This document shows positions 1 through 12,720 of a DNA stretch of 41,107 bases, piece by piece. Under the pieces are notes generated by a model. It searched no databases and was not told the origin of the DNA. It saw only the letters and a list, made by a program, of their open reading frames with translations. Numbering within the stretch: the first letter of the stretch is position 1; each line of letters opens with the position of its first letter. The stretch comes from Bugula neritina (taxonomy: Eukaryota; Animalia; Bryozoa), in contig CAXIUT010000145.1 of assembly GCA_964035545.1 (NCBI GenBank), positions 1-41,107 on the forward strand. Direction: 5' to 3'. The position numbers and the translations under genes are program-made.

Positions 1-69
1 CCCAACCCCAACCCCAACCCCAACCCCAACCCCAACCCCAACCCCAACCCCAACCCCAACCCCAACCCC
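1..69 (+). repeat. Left telomere, (CCCCAA)n
   Basis: Perfect C4A2 repeats at the extreme 5' end; this is the Tetrahymena-type ciliate telomere unit. Confidence 0.97.
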
Positions 70-289
70 TTTTATCTTTCAAATATATGAAGTTAATCGA
101 TATTAAACGAAAAATAATCAATTGAAATATTCAATAAAACAATTAGTCAAAAATAAATGAAATGTTAATTAAATTTATAGTCCTCTATTGATATTGTGAT
201 TAAGTCGTCATTAATTTGGATAACGGTCAGATAGACTCTTTAAATTCATTCTATTATTATCCTTTCAAATATAATTAAATCAACTTTAG

Positions 290-928
290 ATGAGTTCAAG
301 AAGGTCTCAGAAGAGCAACTAGTCTATCAATCACCATCATGTGCACTATCATTATCATTACTACTATCCTGAAGAAGAGATGCATAGTTCTAGAATGAGC
401 ACTGTTTCAAATGATGAAGAAGGTATGCCAAGACGTTTTAACAGGTCTAGACACTAATATCCTCAAGTTCATTCTAGAACCAGTGGATTTGATAATTGGA
501 AAGAAGAGATCAATCCTGAAAACTATCGGATGTATAATACTCAACATCCCAATCCTTCAAGAATGAGTTAAATAAAGCTTCAAATGCATGAAGAAGATCC
601 TTAGATATCGATAACTTCTCCTAGAAAATCATAGGTTTTACATACAGAACCTAATAGCAGCGAATAGCTTCCAAGAAAGCTGTATCGAAGCAAGTTGGAT
701 GATCTATATTACTCTAAGAAAAAGGTAGGAAGAAGAAATCATGATGATACAAAGACTCAGGTAACTAGAATGACAAAATAATAGGAACAACATGAGTTAT
801 AAGGAAAATTATATAATTATGAGAAAGAGATAAAAAGACTAAGAGGAGTGGAGGAGGAATGCATATACTTAAGAGATCATTTCTATGGACACGCAGTTAG
901 ACGTCATCCAAAGGAGATTTAAAAATGA
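290..928 (+). CDS. Hypothetical protein, 212 aa, His/Tyr-rich N-terminal patch and C-terminal coiled coil
   Basis: ATG 290 to TGA 926-928 is open when TAA/TAG=Glu (MSSRRSQKSNESINHHHVHYHYHYYYPEEE...KEIKRLRGVEEEC...). Confidence 0.7.
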
Positions 929-946
929 TTTTGTAGTTTAGTGATA

Positions 947-1734
947 TCATAAGATCCAGCTTCCTAATTCAAAAGGATTATTTTGGTTACAATACTAAAT
1001 AAATCATCATTTACCAGATATTTGTTGGAATTGGGATTGTAAAGCTACGATAGTTTTGTTTTTTTGAGTTGATTTTTACGACGGACATAAGAAGATATAT
1101 CGTCTTACTATTATTCTACTTCTAGATCATATATAAATTTTTTTAGGTCTTATTGGTATTTCTAGAGGATTTTCCACCATATTTTAGGTCTTCTTCTAGG
1201 CGTGTGTTTGGATGGATAGAGGTTTTTCCAGAAATATGGACTAGGAGATTTCATACATTCTAAAATGATAGTATTTTGTTCTGCAGTTTTCCAAAGTGAA
1301 TGATAGTGATTTACAGGCATAAATGTCTTTATTTTTATTTTGTATCTTATAATATTCACTGATTGTACGCATATTAGAGAGACTTAGAAGTAGTTATGAT
1401 CAATTTCTTTTTTAGTAGAAAGAACTTGATCACAGGCTGAGGTATCAGCCGAGTTGAGAAATTAAAATTTGACCATTATGTGAGTCATGTTTTGAGCCCA
1501 GTAGTATTTGGGAATTAATTCAAGTAGACAAGGTTAGTATATGTTATTTTATGCTTGTTTTACAAGAGTTTTGAGTTATTTTTAATTTTTTTCTTTGAGA
1601 GAGAGTAATATTTTATCACAAAGAGTGATTTATTAAGTTGACAAAGAAGAGAAAATGAAAGTAAATAATAGTGTGATGATTATTTTAGAATTATGGCATG
1701 AGGTAGGGTTGATATGCATGATTTATTTGATCAT
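947..1734 (-). CDS. p23/CS-domain (HSP20-like co-chaperone fold) protein with N-terminal hydrophobic segment
   Basis: IPKYYWAQNMTHIMVKF...PYFWKNL...KIWW resembles p23/CS motifs. It needs a 20-nt intron at 995-1014 to end at TGA 947-949. An alternative ATG lies at 1719. Confidence 0.65.
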
Positions 1735-1756
1735 AAGCTATATATTTAAAATATCT

Positions 1757-2221
1757 ATGGCAAGTAAAAATGAGGTTATGCAGCTATTGTTCGCAAATTT
1801 AGACTTCTTGAAGAACTCTAGAAAGGAGAAAAAGCTATTGGAGACGGAAGCATCAGCTATGGTCTCTCTCAAGGTACACTATCATCTATGTAGCTGACGA
1901 TATGACTCTCACCCATTGGAATGCTACTATTCTTGGTCCCTACAAAGTACTGATTGATATATAGAGACTAATTTTGATGGCAGAATTTATGGTTTGTCAG
2001 TTGAATGTGGAAATCAGTATCCTACTAAGGCGCCTCTTTTGAAGTTCAATAACAAAATCAACTTACCTTGTGTGAACCAGAATTCAGGTAGAGTGGAACA
2101 TTTGGCATTGCTTCAGAACTGGAAAGAGACTACAACTATGGAGAACTTATTGGTGGCTATAAAGAACGAAATGGTGGCTAATAAGGGATTAAAACAACCA
2201 CCAGAAGACGCATTTTATTGA
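1757..2221 (+). CDS. UEV1: Ubiquitin-conjugating enzyme E2 variant (UEV1/MMS2)
   Basis: The spliced protein MATIVRKFRLLEELEKGEKAIGDGSISYGLSQADDMTLTHWNATILGPYKTNFDGRIYGLSVECGNQYP...KINLPCVNQ matches the MMS2/UEV1 signature. Three 20-nt introns at 1764-1783, 1874-1893 and 1947-1966. Confidence 0.95.
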
Positions 2222-2274
2222 TACAGCTAGAACAATCTATCAATATTCAAATACTTATTATTTAAATAAAAATA

Positions 2275-3491
2275 TCATTTGGGAGTTTAAAGTTTAACAG
2301 ATCTTTATTTAGACATTCCAAAAGATGTTTTTATTTTTTGTTTTTTTTAGGAAGGACTGGATTCTTGTTTAAGATGAGGATTAAGTTTCATAACTGGAGT
2401 GTTAAATGTAAAATCCTGATTGTTAAACTGTGATATTTATATTTTAGAACTGTTGTTGTTTTTGCTACTTGGAGTCTATTTAGCACTCTTCTTTTTAGAT
2501 CTCAAAGTATGAAATCCTTCATGACTTGAAGTTTTAGTTTATACAAGCTTTTTTCTATTAGGAGATAGCTTTTATATCTAAATCTGAAAAGGCTATAACT
2601 TCATTATAGATTATTTGTAAGGCTTTATTAAGTTAAATATCTATGAAGTGGTCATTCTTTTACTGGGATTGAATTCTAGGAGATTAGTGACCATATCTTT
2701 GAGTACTTTGCTGTATTGGGTGGTTTGTTGTAGATTTTAAGAATAGAATTGATTTTGTTGCCAAAAATTTAATATTTTATTGAATTATAGCATATTTATT
2801 TATGAATTTTTATAGTCATAGCATTTATGTAAATCTTGGATAGTACCAGCTGATAGTATTGTCATTCCTATTGAAAAAGATTATGAAATATTCTAGTTTA
2901 AGTGACTTTCTTTATATGATTTTTGAATCATTTATAGCTATTAAGGAGAAAACATTCTGTTATTGATTTTTTGACCTTCTATCATAGTATCTTACCCGCC
3001 TGGTATTGATAGCTGAGAAAAAACTTTAAGAGTACCTTTATCATTGAGAAAGATATTTTATGGCCGGATATCGCCAATCGGCTAATCAATTTATCTACAA
3101 CATTAAGCTGATTCGACAAGACAGAAGATAAGATACCACATTTAGGTTTATTATAGATATTTTTAAACTTATTTTCTTTTTGACAGTTCTTCTGATAATT
3201 GGATATAGTAGCATTAATATTCGATCTGACTATGATAAAAATTACTTCTAGACGCATGCTATCTCCACATTTAGATCTATCTAATATTTTATAACGTTTA
3301 GGCAAAAATATATTTTATTGTTTTGTTTGTGATATTGTTTTCAACTTTTAGGACCATTTGTTTAGTATTTACATTGAATAGACATTCACTTAAGCGAGAA
3401 GTATGTTTTATTAGGGATAGAGAATAGTGGAGAGGAAGTGTTCATTGGGTTTTTATATTTTTCCTTTCATGTTCTCGTGTGATGGTCCCAT
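2275..3491 (-). CDS. Kinase-fold-like (probable pseudokinase) protein
   Basis: About 398 aa with a 20-nt intron at 2976-2995. C-lobe-like motifs MFSPEEL, SESFSIGMTIL and LKDMVTNLLEFNPSKRMT are present; no GxGxxG, HRD or DFG motif was seen. Confidence 0.55.
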
Positions 3492-3673
3492 TTATATTTT
3501 GAAATGTTAATTTATATCAATAAATATGGTTTTTCACTAAAGAAATCTTTAATTATACTGAAGCTAATATATTTAAAAAGATATGATAGAAGCTAGAAGG
3601 ATATTATTGAATCAAGTTGATTTTTACTTTGTTTTGAAAAGATAGAAATCTTTATTGATTATAATGAAACTTT

Positions 3674-4261
3674 ATGAGTAAAAATATAAAAGCATATGAA
3701 GAGCAACAATTTGCTAAGTATCACTATCGAAAATTGATATCAGCTAAATCAACTATAAAACATTTCAAGAGACCAAGTAGTCCGAGTCTGTCTTTAGCTA
3801 AAACATTGACTCCTTTAGATAGATATGAATATCAGCTAACTAATCATAAAATTAGAAACAAATTAACATAAATATATAAAGAATCATCTGTCCAGGTTAT
3901 AAAACAAAAAGATAAAAATAAGTAGCATAGATAATCAATAACTAGTAACCTTAATAAGGCAAAATAGAAGGGCATTTATTCCTAGAATGTAAAATTATTT
4001 TAAAGGATTGTCAACACTAAATCAACTGTTGGGTAGAATTGGAAAAAGAGGGATAAATGTCTGAATAAGTATAGAAAGTTAACAGCCAGAAAAATATCAC
4101 ATCCTGATTAAAACTTATTTCAGGCTTATAGAGAAATATTAGACTAGTCAAGAGGGAAAAGTCGAATGACTAAAAAGTCTGGAAGAAGGAGTTTGAAGAG
4201 TCGAAGTAAATTTGACTCTAGAAGGGACAGCGAAGATGATTTCATCAGGTAGACTCTATGA
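3674..4261 (+). CDS. CFAP97/Hemingway-domain-like basic protein (probably ciliary)
   Basis: 195 aa. HYRKLISAKSTI and IYSENVKLFERIVNTKSTV resemble the KIAA1430/CFAP97 motif as I recall it. Confidence 0.5.
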
Positions 4262-4276
4262 TATTTTTGATAATAT

Positions 4277-5535
4277 ATGACTGATCATAACTATAAAAGT
4301 TTGAATTTAACAATAATAATGTATAGGAATAATAATTACAGGCTGCAAACACCTAAATTTCCATTAACGAAATCAAAGTCTACTGGTAATTTTTATTAAA
4401 AAGCTACAGAGCGATCCTTTAAGCACAAAACAACTACCCCTAGTGCTACAGGTGATTGTTTGGCTTGTAAACATGAAAGATAAAGTGCGGCGGGTAGTAC
4501 CTCGAGATCAAATTTTGCTTATGGAACCTTATATAATGGTGCTAAAAACACTCCGAAAGAAGAATATTATAAAAAAGAAGAGAAAGATTAAACAACTAAT
4601 CTCAAGAAAGCTAAAAGATTTTTGGAGGAAATGCTTTAAAAGTCAAAAATAGATCATAGAAAAAGCATTGAAGTGTATGAAAAGAGGTTACATTAAGTGA
4701 GTAATGAACTTGAAGAAAAGACTATTATGTTAGCATAGATATTGAAAAATCAAAAACAGAAATAGGCTTAACAATAATATCTTGCTAACGTCTCTGTTGT
4801 TCATTCCTATAAACAAAAAACAGTCAAAGATGGAGAAGATAATGAGTTCAAAGCCAAGAAAATGAAATAGCTAATTAGAAAAAATGGTCAACTGGAAGAA
4901 GAACTTCAAACCATGAATCATGCTAGGTTAGAGCAATGCCAAAAGATATAGTTTCTTTAATTGGATATTTCTAAGATGAGAAACTATGAAGTTTATGCTA
5001 AATAGTATTAAGCTATGAAAATACTGATTGATAAGATGTAAGAAGAAAAGCTTCAACTTTTGGATCAACAGCATGCCAAAATATCTGAAGTTGAAGGCCG
5101 ATATAAATCATAAAAAGCATAAAATGAATCAAAATACGAATAACTGAAGATTCTTTATGAATAAAAAGGAATTAAACTGGTTCAGAAATAAAAAGAACTA
5201 TAGTAGTTGAGAAATAAAGTTAGTCTTTATAAAGAATAACAATTTGAAGCTTTAAATTAGCTTTTAGATTAGAGATAAAAATAATGCATGACTCTATAGT
5301 CTCGTTTGAACTGTGTCTAATCTGAGTATTTACATTGTAATATAGGTTGAATTTTATAAAGGGGAGATTCGGCTATGTTCTTAAGATGGCTAAAAATTAG
5401 CAAATGAAGGAAAGTAGTTTTCATGAGCCAGATGAATATTGCATTTAGAGGATAGGCAGACACAATGACATATCGAATGGGAAGGAGAGCTTGATGAGTA
5501 TGAATATATCTCCAATTAAGCGACGATTTCATTGA
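4277..5535 (+). CDS. Coiled-coil hypothetical protein
   Basis: Long E/K/Q/L-rich frame; a 20-nt intron at 5326-5345 restores frame to TGA 5533-5535. The start could instead be the ATG near 4319. Confidence 0.7.
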
Positions 5536-5553
5536 TTTATAGATTTTAAACGA

Positions 5554-7607
5554 TCATTCATTCTCTTATAAGAGTGATAAATTATCCATTTATTTTGAAA
5601 TTTATTACATCTTTTCACTACAAGAAGTTTAAGTCTTACACTTCAACTTAGATATCTCCATCAAATGCTCTTTTTGCTCCTTCAAAAGGGCCCTAGCTGG
5701 CTTGAATCCAATTATATCTCCATAGCCAATGGTTCTAAATCAAATAATAAGTACTTTGTTTCGTCTCGAAGAGTAAATCTTCCAAGACTAGGCATATATT
5801 CATATTTCTCCAAACAAATAGGTCTTTCAATCTAAATTAAAATAAACTTTACCTTTATTTGACAGATTCCTTTTTGTCCTGGAATCAGAAATCCAATCGG
5901 TATCTTTTTGTTAGTTTATTTGTCTATTCTAGCTTAGATTTTGCTGATTTGTATCTGTGCAGCTATTGCATGCATGTGCATTATGCATTCATAACCAGTA
6001 GAAAGTAGTTTTTTCTCCTAAGGAAGATCTAAAATAGTTATGTTGGCCTTTAGTTATGCAGATTATTGGCAAAAGTTCAGATTGTTGCATATCATATTTC
6101 CTCGACTTATGTCTCCTTACTAAACACTTTTCACCAAAATTTTAACATTTTAACCTGCACAGGCGAAGGGCATTCTTTAATCTTTGGCATTATAGATTTA
6201 TCTTATAACCATTGAAGTTCGATGAGGTAGGATAGTGACTGTTTGATCTTATATGATGGTCCCTGACTCGATTTTTCCATACACAAAGAGGTTTTTCTGG
6301 TCTTTAAACTTATCTATGATTGGAATTCTCAAAGGCTCCAAAGGCTTTCTTTCAGGTAGTGAAATTTGATCAAGGTATTCTAGAAAGCATGGCCCTTTAT
6401 ACCAGGAATCACTGATTCTTGCGTGAATATTATAATTCTTAACTGATTAAACTGGAATAAAGACAACATTATTAAATCCACAATGATTGTTAAGGAAAGG
6501 AGTAACTTGTTCTTTGATGTGATTAAATCTTTTTTAAGACCATTAGGTTGTTCCCATTTTGGATACTACTACTATTAATTATACTGCTCCTAGTGCTTTA
6601 GCTAACATCGCATGTTATTTAGTTTGTCCATCTTTTTAAAATCCTTTCTCGAATTAATCTTATTTAGCTGAAATGACTAGGACAGCAATATCGGCTTGAC
6701 AGGCTCCCATGATCATATTAGGGACATAATTTCTATGTCCAGGAGCGTCGAATAGAGTAAATCTTTTATTTTAGAGTATAAAATTAAATTTAGCATATTA
6801 TCTTGTTTTTCCATCTAACCTTTATTCTGGAAGTACGTCTGGAACTGAAGCATCTAGCCATGCAGTCATTTTATTTTATAACAGTTATTGTTTTCCTCGA
6901 GCTAGTTCCTGTTAATCTACTTCTTTAAGCTATTTTAGAATGTTTCCTGTCAGAGTAGACTTGCCAGAATCAACATGACCAATAAATACGATATTTGCAT
7001 TTTATTTTTAAAAGTAGTTTGATGCTAGATATTTACTTGCATCCCATTTGGTGCTCATAAGTTTTTGAATGTTTATTTAAGGGTCTTCATTTCTAGAAGG
7101 TTATTTTTATGGTTATTTCTCTTTTTGAGGAATTTGTGGCTTTGCTTTAGGTTTATTAATAGGTTTTTGAGGAATAGAATTTTTTAGTTGTTTATCTTTT
7201 TTTATTTGGATTGTTTTTAAATAGTTGAACTGTCTTTAGTATAACTTGGCTCCTATTGGATTATAACTTGCATAATACTGTAGACCTTGCTGGTAATCTT
7301 CTTCATATTGGACTTGAAGACAAAAAACACAATTCAAATACTGAATAAGAGTATCAATATAGGTGAGATAGTAGTAATTTTCTTCTTAGGTCCATTTGGA
7401 ATCGATTGTTTCTCTTAAGGCTTGTAGAATGTTAGATTGATTGATAAAAACTTATAGGTATTTTGGAGTTAGAGTCCACTTGTTGTTTTGGTGATCGTAC
7501 TATATCATGCAGGTCTTTTGTGTTTCTTAAGGAGTTGATTGATTTATCTGGAAAGTTTTGTCTGTTTGATTTAAGGAAGGAATGTTTGAGGAGTTGTTGG
7601 GTTGCAT
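5554..7607 (-). CDS. Divergent eRF3 (Sup35/GSPT)-like translational GTPase
   Basis: Motifs [68 protein letters not shown] and C-terminal [14 protein letters not shown], the last being eRF3-type. Introns at 5735-5754 (20 nt) and 5832-5852 (21 nt); about 670 aa. Confidence 0.85.
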
Positions 7608-7788
7608 CAACAATGAGGCAAATTGATTATTTCTATTTTGTAGGAATCAAAGAATTAATGATTATAATATTTCTTTTATATTTATAAACGTGTTATTCCT
7701 GACTACTTTTCTGTTGTATCTGTTACAGTTAGTAGTAGTGGAAGGGACAATAGTGTAATATGATGAAATGAGTAGATAGTGTTTAAAA

Positions 7789-8549
7789 TCATTTGTAAAA
7801 GTGTTTGAATTTTTCGAACATTTATATTTATTGATTTTTCTTTTCTTGTGTTTTTTGTTTTAAAAATTTTTTTAGATCGCTTATCTTTTTGTCCATATTA
7901 TACTCAAATGGATATTCATACTTTTATCCCAACTTAACGCTTTGTATATACAACTCTAGTGTTCTTTTCTTAATTCCCATCATTTATGATCCTTCCTGTA
8001 GTGATATTTTAGAGTCAAATTGAAGATATATTTTTTTCCATTGCTCAATAACCATGAATATTTCCTTTATAGTTTTTCTTCTTTTGCTTTTTTATTATGG
8101 TCCTGCAGGCTCGTTCACTTATTCTTCCTGATCTTCTTCTTATTAGTTCTATAGAGGAAGTATTTATTCATCTGATTAGACCTGGTTGGAAATCCTTTTT
8201 AGTTGGAAAAGGAGAGTATCAGCTTGTAAAAACTGCTATCCCAGAGTTATACTGTTTTACTGAGGAAAATAGGCTAGAAATCTAAAATCAGAAACATGAG
8301 GATCATATATAAAGACATGACACTATTGATGTAGACCATAGGCTAAATAGATAGATAAGTACTTTTTCTGAGGACTCGATTGACGGATTAGGTCAGGTCT
8401 ATGATTCTATCTTGTGAATTATATGCTACTCTTTCGAAGAGTTCTAGGTGGAAGTGGTCGTTTGGGTTATCGAAGATGAGTTATTTATGGAGAGTGATGG
8501 GAGAGTAGAGTTAGTTGGAGAGGTTGAGGTAGTTTGGTTTGGGAAGCAT
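7789..8549 (-). CDS. Ciliate-type putative helix-turn-helix DNA-binding protein
   Basis: About 246 aa with a 20-nt intron at 8343-8362. The C-terminal ISLQEGSEMMGIKKRTLELYIQSVKLGEKYEYPF...KISDLKKFLK resembles a conserved ciliate family with an HTH-like pattern. Confidence 0.55.
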
Positions 8550-8699
8550 TGAACTGTAATAACTAAATATTATGTTTGATTGATAGACAATATAATTTGA
8601 AAAAATAAGTTTTTCAAGTACTTATCATCATAGAGTAATCTAATTTACATTTTAAAGATTGAGTCTTTAAAAAGTATGATAATGGTAAGGTATAAAGGA

Positions 8700-9567
8700 T
8701 CAGGGGTGATTCTCATTTTAATTAAAAGTTGAGAAGAGAGAGCAATTGGTGCTGATATTATTTTTTGACATATCGATACCTGTTTCTTTAGGTTCAGTAG
8801 TGGGAAATTCAACACTAGTTATTTTCTATGTTGTTTTATCATAAATATGATTTTAATTCATTTCTTATTTATCATTGAAGATGAGAGTAAGCTATTCCAT
8901 TTTATTTAATATTTGTTTATGTATTTTTTTGGCCTCAAAGAGATTGTCAATGAGTTTGATGATTTATATTTGATTTTAAGGTATTTATTTGAGTTCTGCG
9001 AGTAGGAGTATTTTTTTTTAGAGATGAGAGGCGAGTTAATTTATTTTTTTTATATTGTTCTTTTATAGATTGCTATTGATGTCATAGTTTTTGTCATTTT
9101 TTGAGATTTATCTATTTTTATCAATGTTTTTTTAGTTACTGGTTTATTTGGAGGTTTATTTATTTTTTTTATAATCTTTTCTTTGTATTTATTTTAACAA
9201 ATGTTTAAAACCTCTCTTAAACATAATATTCTTAAATGCGTTTTCATGATTCTATTGTCGAGTCTTATGGAAGTCATACATATTTAGCTTAATTAATCTA
9301 TTAGTACTTGTCGAACAAATGAAGTGTAGTTGCTATGTCTGAAATAAATAGGCAAAATGTTTTAGGAAAACTATTTCACCTTCTTAACGATAAATCCTTA
9401 TCCATTTCGAGTCCAACATATTATATCAGAATATTTCTCATTCTTTATTATCTCATATATACCTAAAGAATCTCATAACTTTTCAGTAAAAATGATGGAA
9501 TCGTGTCAGCAGAAGGGTCGTTTAGTAGCTGAGGAGAAGATCTGTATCTTTACTCTTACATCATCAT
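8700..9567 (-). CDS. HSF-type DNA-binding domain transcription factor
   Basis: IPSFLLKSYEILE...IICWTRNGEGFIV...[29 protein letters not shown]...FKRG is the HSF DNA-binding domain signature. Two 20-nt introns at 9288-9307 and 9443-9462. Confidence 0.93.
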
Positions 9568-9714
9568 TGCTATCTACTTATCAATAATAATTTAATTATA
9601 TTCATTGAATTAATAAATAGCTTTAATATTTATAAAAGGTTAAAGGTTAATGAATAGTATTAAAATATAGTTAAATATAGCATAAAAGACAAATTCTTGA
9701 GTTAAATAATAGAA

Positions 9715-11486
9715 TCAGATGTTATTCTTGCTGAGAGCATCATAAGTGCATCTAAAGAGGAGAATGACTAGTGGTCCATAGAAAATGCCTGCTAATCCAA
9801 AACGATAGAGTCCGAAGACAGCACTTAGACTGATGAGAGTGTTATTGAAGTCGATCTGATTGAAGTGGCTTTTGATTATTTTACCACTTCCAAAATAAAA
9901 TAAAATGAAACAGAGAAAAGATGAAAGCATTCCCATGTAGCTATCTTATTTACACAAATAAAATTTGATAATAGAGAAGATAAGCATGACCATACTGACT
10001 GAAAGTAAAGGGAAAAGGGTTACTGTGGCTATGAGTAGGGAAAGGATGATATTGAAGTCGCTGAATCTGAAGATTTAGAAGATGACTAGACTGAGGACAA
10101 GGTGTTTGAAGGTGACCATGATGTAGTCTGAGATGAGATTGGTGATTTGAGAGAGGAGTTGGTTTTGATGTTATCCGAAGAGGTAGAAGTTTTATTGTAC
10201 TCCTGAGTAGCTTTTGACTGTAACCATGAAGATGCTGATGAAAGTGGTGATGGAAAAGATAGTATCTGATGTCATTGAAAACAATTTAACAATGTTCTTG
10301 AAGATAGTTGCTAGATACTCTTTGGTGACTTGGATATCAAAGAAGTGGTCAATGACTTGAGGAGAGGACTACTTTAGGACTTGGTAAACTAGACAAATCT
10401 ATTTTTTATGTTACAGAAGTGTAAAGTCTACATTAATTTATTCATACTAAGATACTTTTACTCTGTGATCTACATTTGATGAATGCATTTATTGATGGCT
10501 TATTTTTATTTGATAGAAGGTCTGACTAAGATTATAAGTACAGATATGCTTTGAGCGTTCCCGTGATGGTTTAGAAGCACTATTCGAGGTGTGAGTCGTT
10601 GTCTAGGTTGTAGAAAGTGCAGTTGTTGTACTGTTAGATAGTTTTTCCCATTGATCCGAATAGACTACTAAACTAGAAGAATATTCCTGCAAAAGCAATG
10701 AAAACAATGCAAATGATAAGTATAAAGGTGATTGCAAAGAGATAGTGGAGGAATGTTTACCCGATGGTTCTTTAGATGAGAGATTTCAAGAATAAATATA
10801 TATTTTTCAAAGTGTTTCCAAAGATATTGATGATAATTTTACTAGATAGACAAAGTAATACATGAAAAAGGATATTTGCATGATTTTGATGATGACATTA
10901 GTTTTGAAAAAGGCATTAAAAATATTATTGAAGGTCAACCTGTCTATTTTAGTAAATAGAAGATCCACCCAACTTGTAAAATTTGATGCTATTGAAAACT
11001 GATTCCTTATCCAGGGTATTAAAACTATCAATAACAATAACATCAAAGACTAAACTATCACTAGCCAAGTGGATCTTTGGTTTTGTGTTGATAGTTTTTA
11101 GTTTTTAAAAAAAGAGAAGAAACTAGATCTAATTTTGACAAACGTTATTCCTATGTTGATTGACTTGTACCTGAAAGAACAGCTAGTATTATGGTGTCGA
11201 TAAAAGATTAGAAGATTGTGTACATTGCAAACACTGTTGAACAAAGAAGAATGGTAAGAAGAATTATTCTAGCTTGAGGTGAAAACTATGGAGCTTTTTA
11301 TTTTTATGGATCTGCAAAAATCATACTTATAGCTCTAATAGCTGATTGAGGGTCAATTGATGACTACTCCTTTTGATCTTTACGAACTATTCCCAAAAGT
11401 ACCTCCTCTGGAATTTATTATTCTTTCTATTCTTATTGTTCTTTTGATTCTTCTACTTGATGTTTTTGTTTTTATTTTTTACCCAT
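9715..11486 (-). CDS. Multi-pass membrane protein, TMEM245/AI-2E-like
   Basis: Several hydrophobic helices; N-terminal FESFIDTIILAVLSG and C-terminal LISLSAVFGLYRFGLAGIFYGPLVILL. It has a 20-nt intron at 11151-11170 and further introns; the internal exon structure is not fully resolved. Confidence 0.7.
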
Positions 11487-11490
11487 ATAA

Positions 11491-11620
11491 GAATAATTGA
11501 TAAAAGCATCAAATAATAATAATTGATAAAAAGTGTCAAATAATAATAACTCATAAAAGCATCAATAATAATAACTAGTAGATATCAAATAATAGTAATT
11601 AATAAGGTATCAAATAAGAA
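11491..11620. repeat. Degenerate intergenic tandem repeat (~26-29 nt units, ATAATTGATAAAAGCATCAAATAATA-like)
   Basis: About 4-5 related units are visible between two minus-strand genes. Confidence 0.55.
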
Positions 11621-11634
11621 TGGCTAAGTAGATA

Positions 11635-12668
11635 TCAATCGTATTGGGTATATTTTTGGTTGTTTCTCCATTTTTTCATAGAATCTGTTAGAAAGTTATC
11701 TTATTTGATATCGAGGTTAGATGGTTATATTTAACTTTAACTCTGCTATAAGTAGTTTTTAAAATCCTTTAGTTTTTAGACTGTTCTCTTTTCTGGGAGA
11801 TTATGGGTAATATCAATTTTATGATCATATTTTTTATTGACTTATTAGAATTATTTTAATTTTTATCTTAGATAACTGACTCGACTGCTGCCATTATTAG
11901 ATATGCTTTTAGGACTTTTATCTCGTACTTAATCAAAAGAGTTAGTATTTTTGTTAGCTGTTTAATATTTGAATTGTGAATTTTTAAGATATTTCTGTTA
12001 ATTTTTATTATTCTTTATTTAACTTTTTTGTAAAATAGATATTTTGCTTCTAGAATTAGACCTTTAGCGATCATGGATAATACTTCTAGATTATATATCA
12101 ATATATTATTTCGAATGTTGTTTTACAAATAGTTTCATCTCGCTAATAGTCCTATCTATGTAGTTTCTATTCTTATTAAAATGCTGCTATAACTTTTATT
12201 CTATTCTCTATGTTATCTTCTCATCTAACAATATCTATGTTATCTTCTCATCTAACAATATCTATGTTATCTTCTCATCAAACAATATCTAATCTTGTCT
12301 CTAATTATAGCTTCCCTTAGTATTTGTCTTTATCCTATTCTAAATATCTTTTATCTCCTCTTTTATCTTTTATATTTATGCATTTTAACCCTTCTGAGGT
12401 TATTTTTATATTATTTTCTTTTTTAGTTATTTTTGAACTATCTATATCTCATCTTCCTTAATAATATAGAAGTTACATTAATTCCTAATCTTTTTTAATA
12501 TTTTAGCAGATGTTTTTGAATTTTAGCTAGATTATTTTACAAATAGTTGAGTCTATTTTGAATGGATCCCCACTCTCTATATAGCTACTGATAATACTAA
12601 GGTAAAGACTCATTATCTGAAGACTATGCATATTTTCTTTTGCTTTTGCCAGCTGATACTCTCGACAT
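11635..12668 (-). CDS. Coiled-coil hypothetical protein with 27-nt internal repeat (EILLDEKIT x3)
   Basis: Starts MSRVSAGKSKRKYAESSDNES; a 20-nt intron near 12458-12477; TGA at 11635-11637; repeat near 12207-12292. Confidence 0.7.
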
Positions 12669-12720
12669 ATCAAATTATTATAACCAATATGATTTACAAT
12701 TCTTAAGTTAAATATAAATC

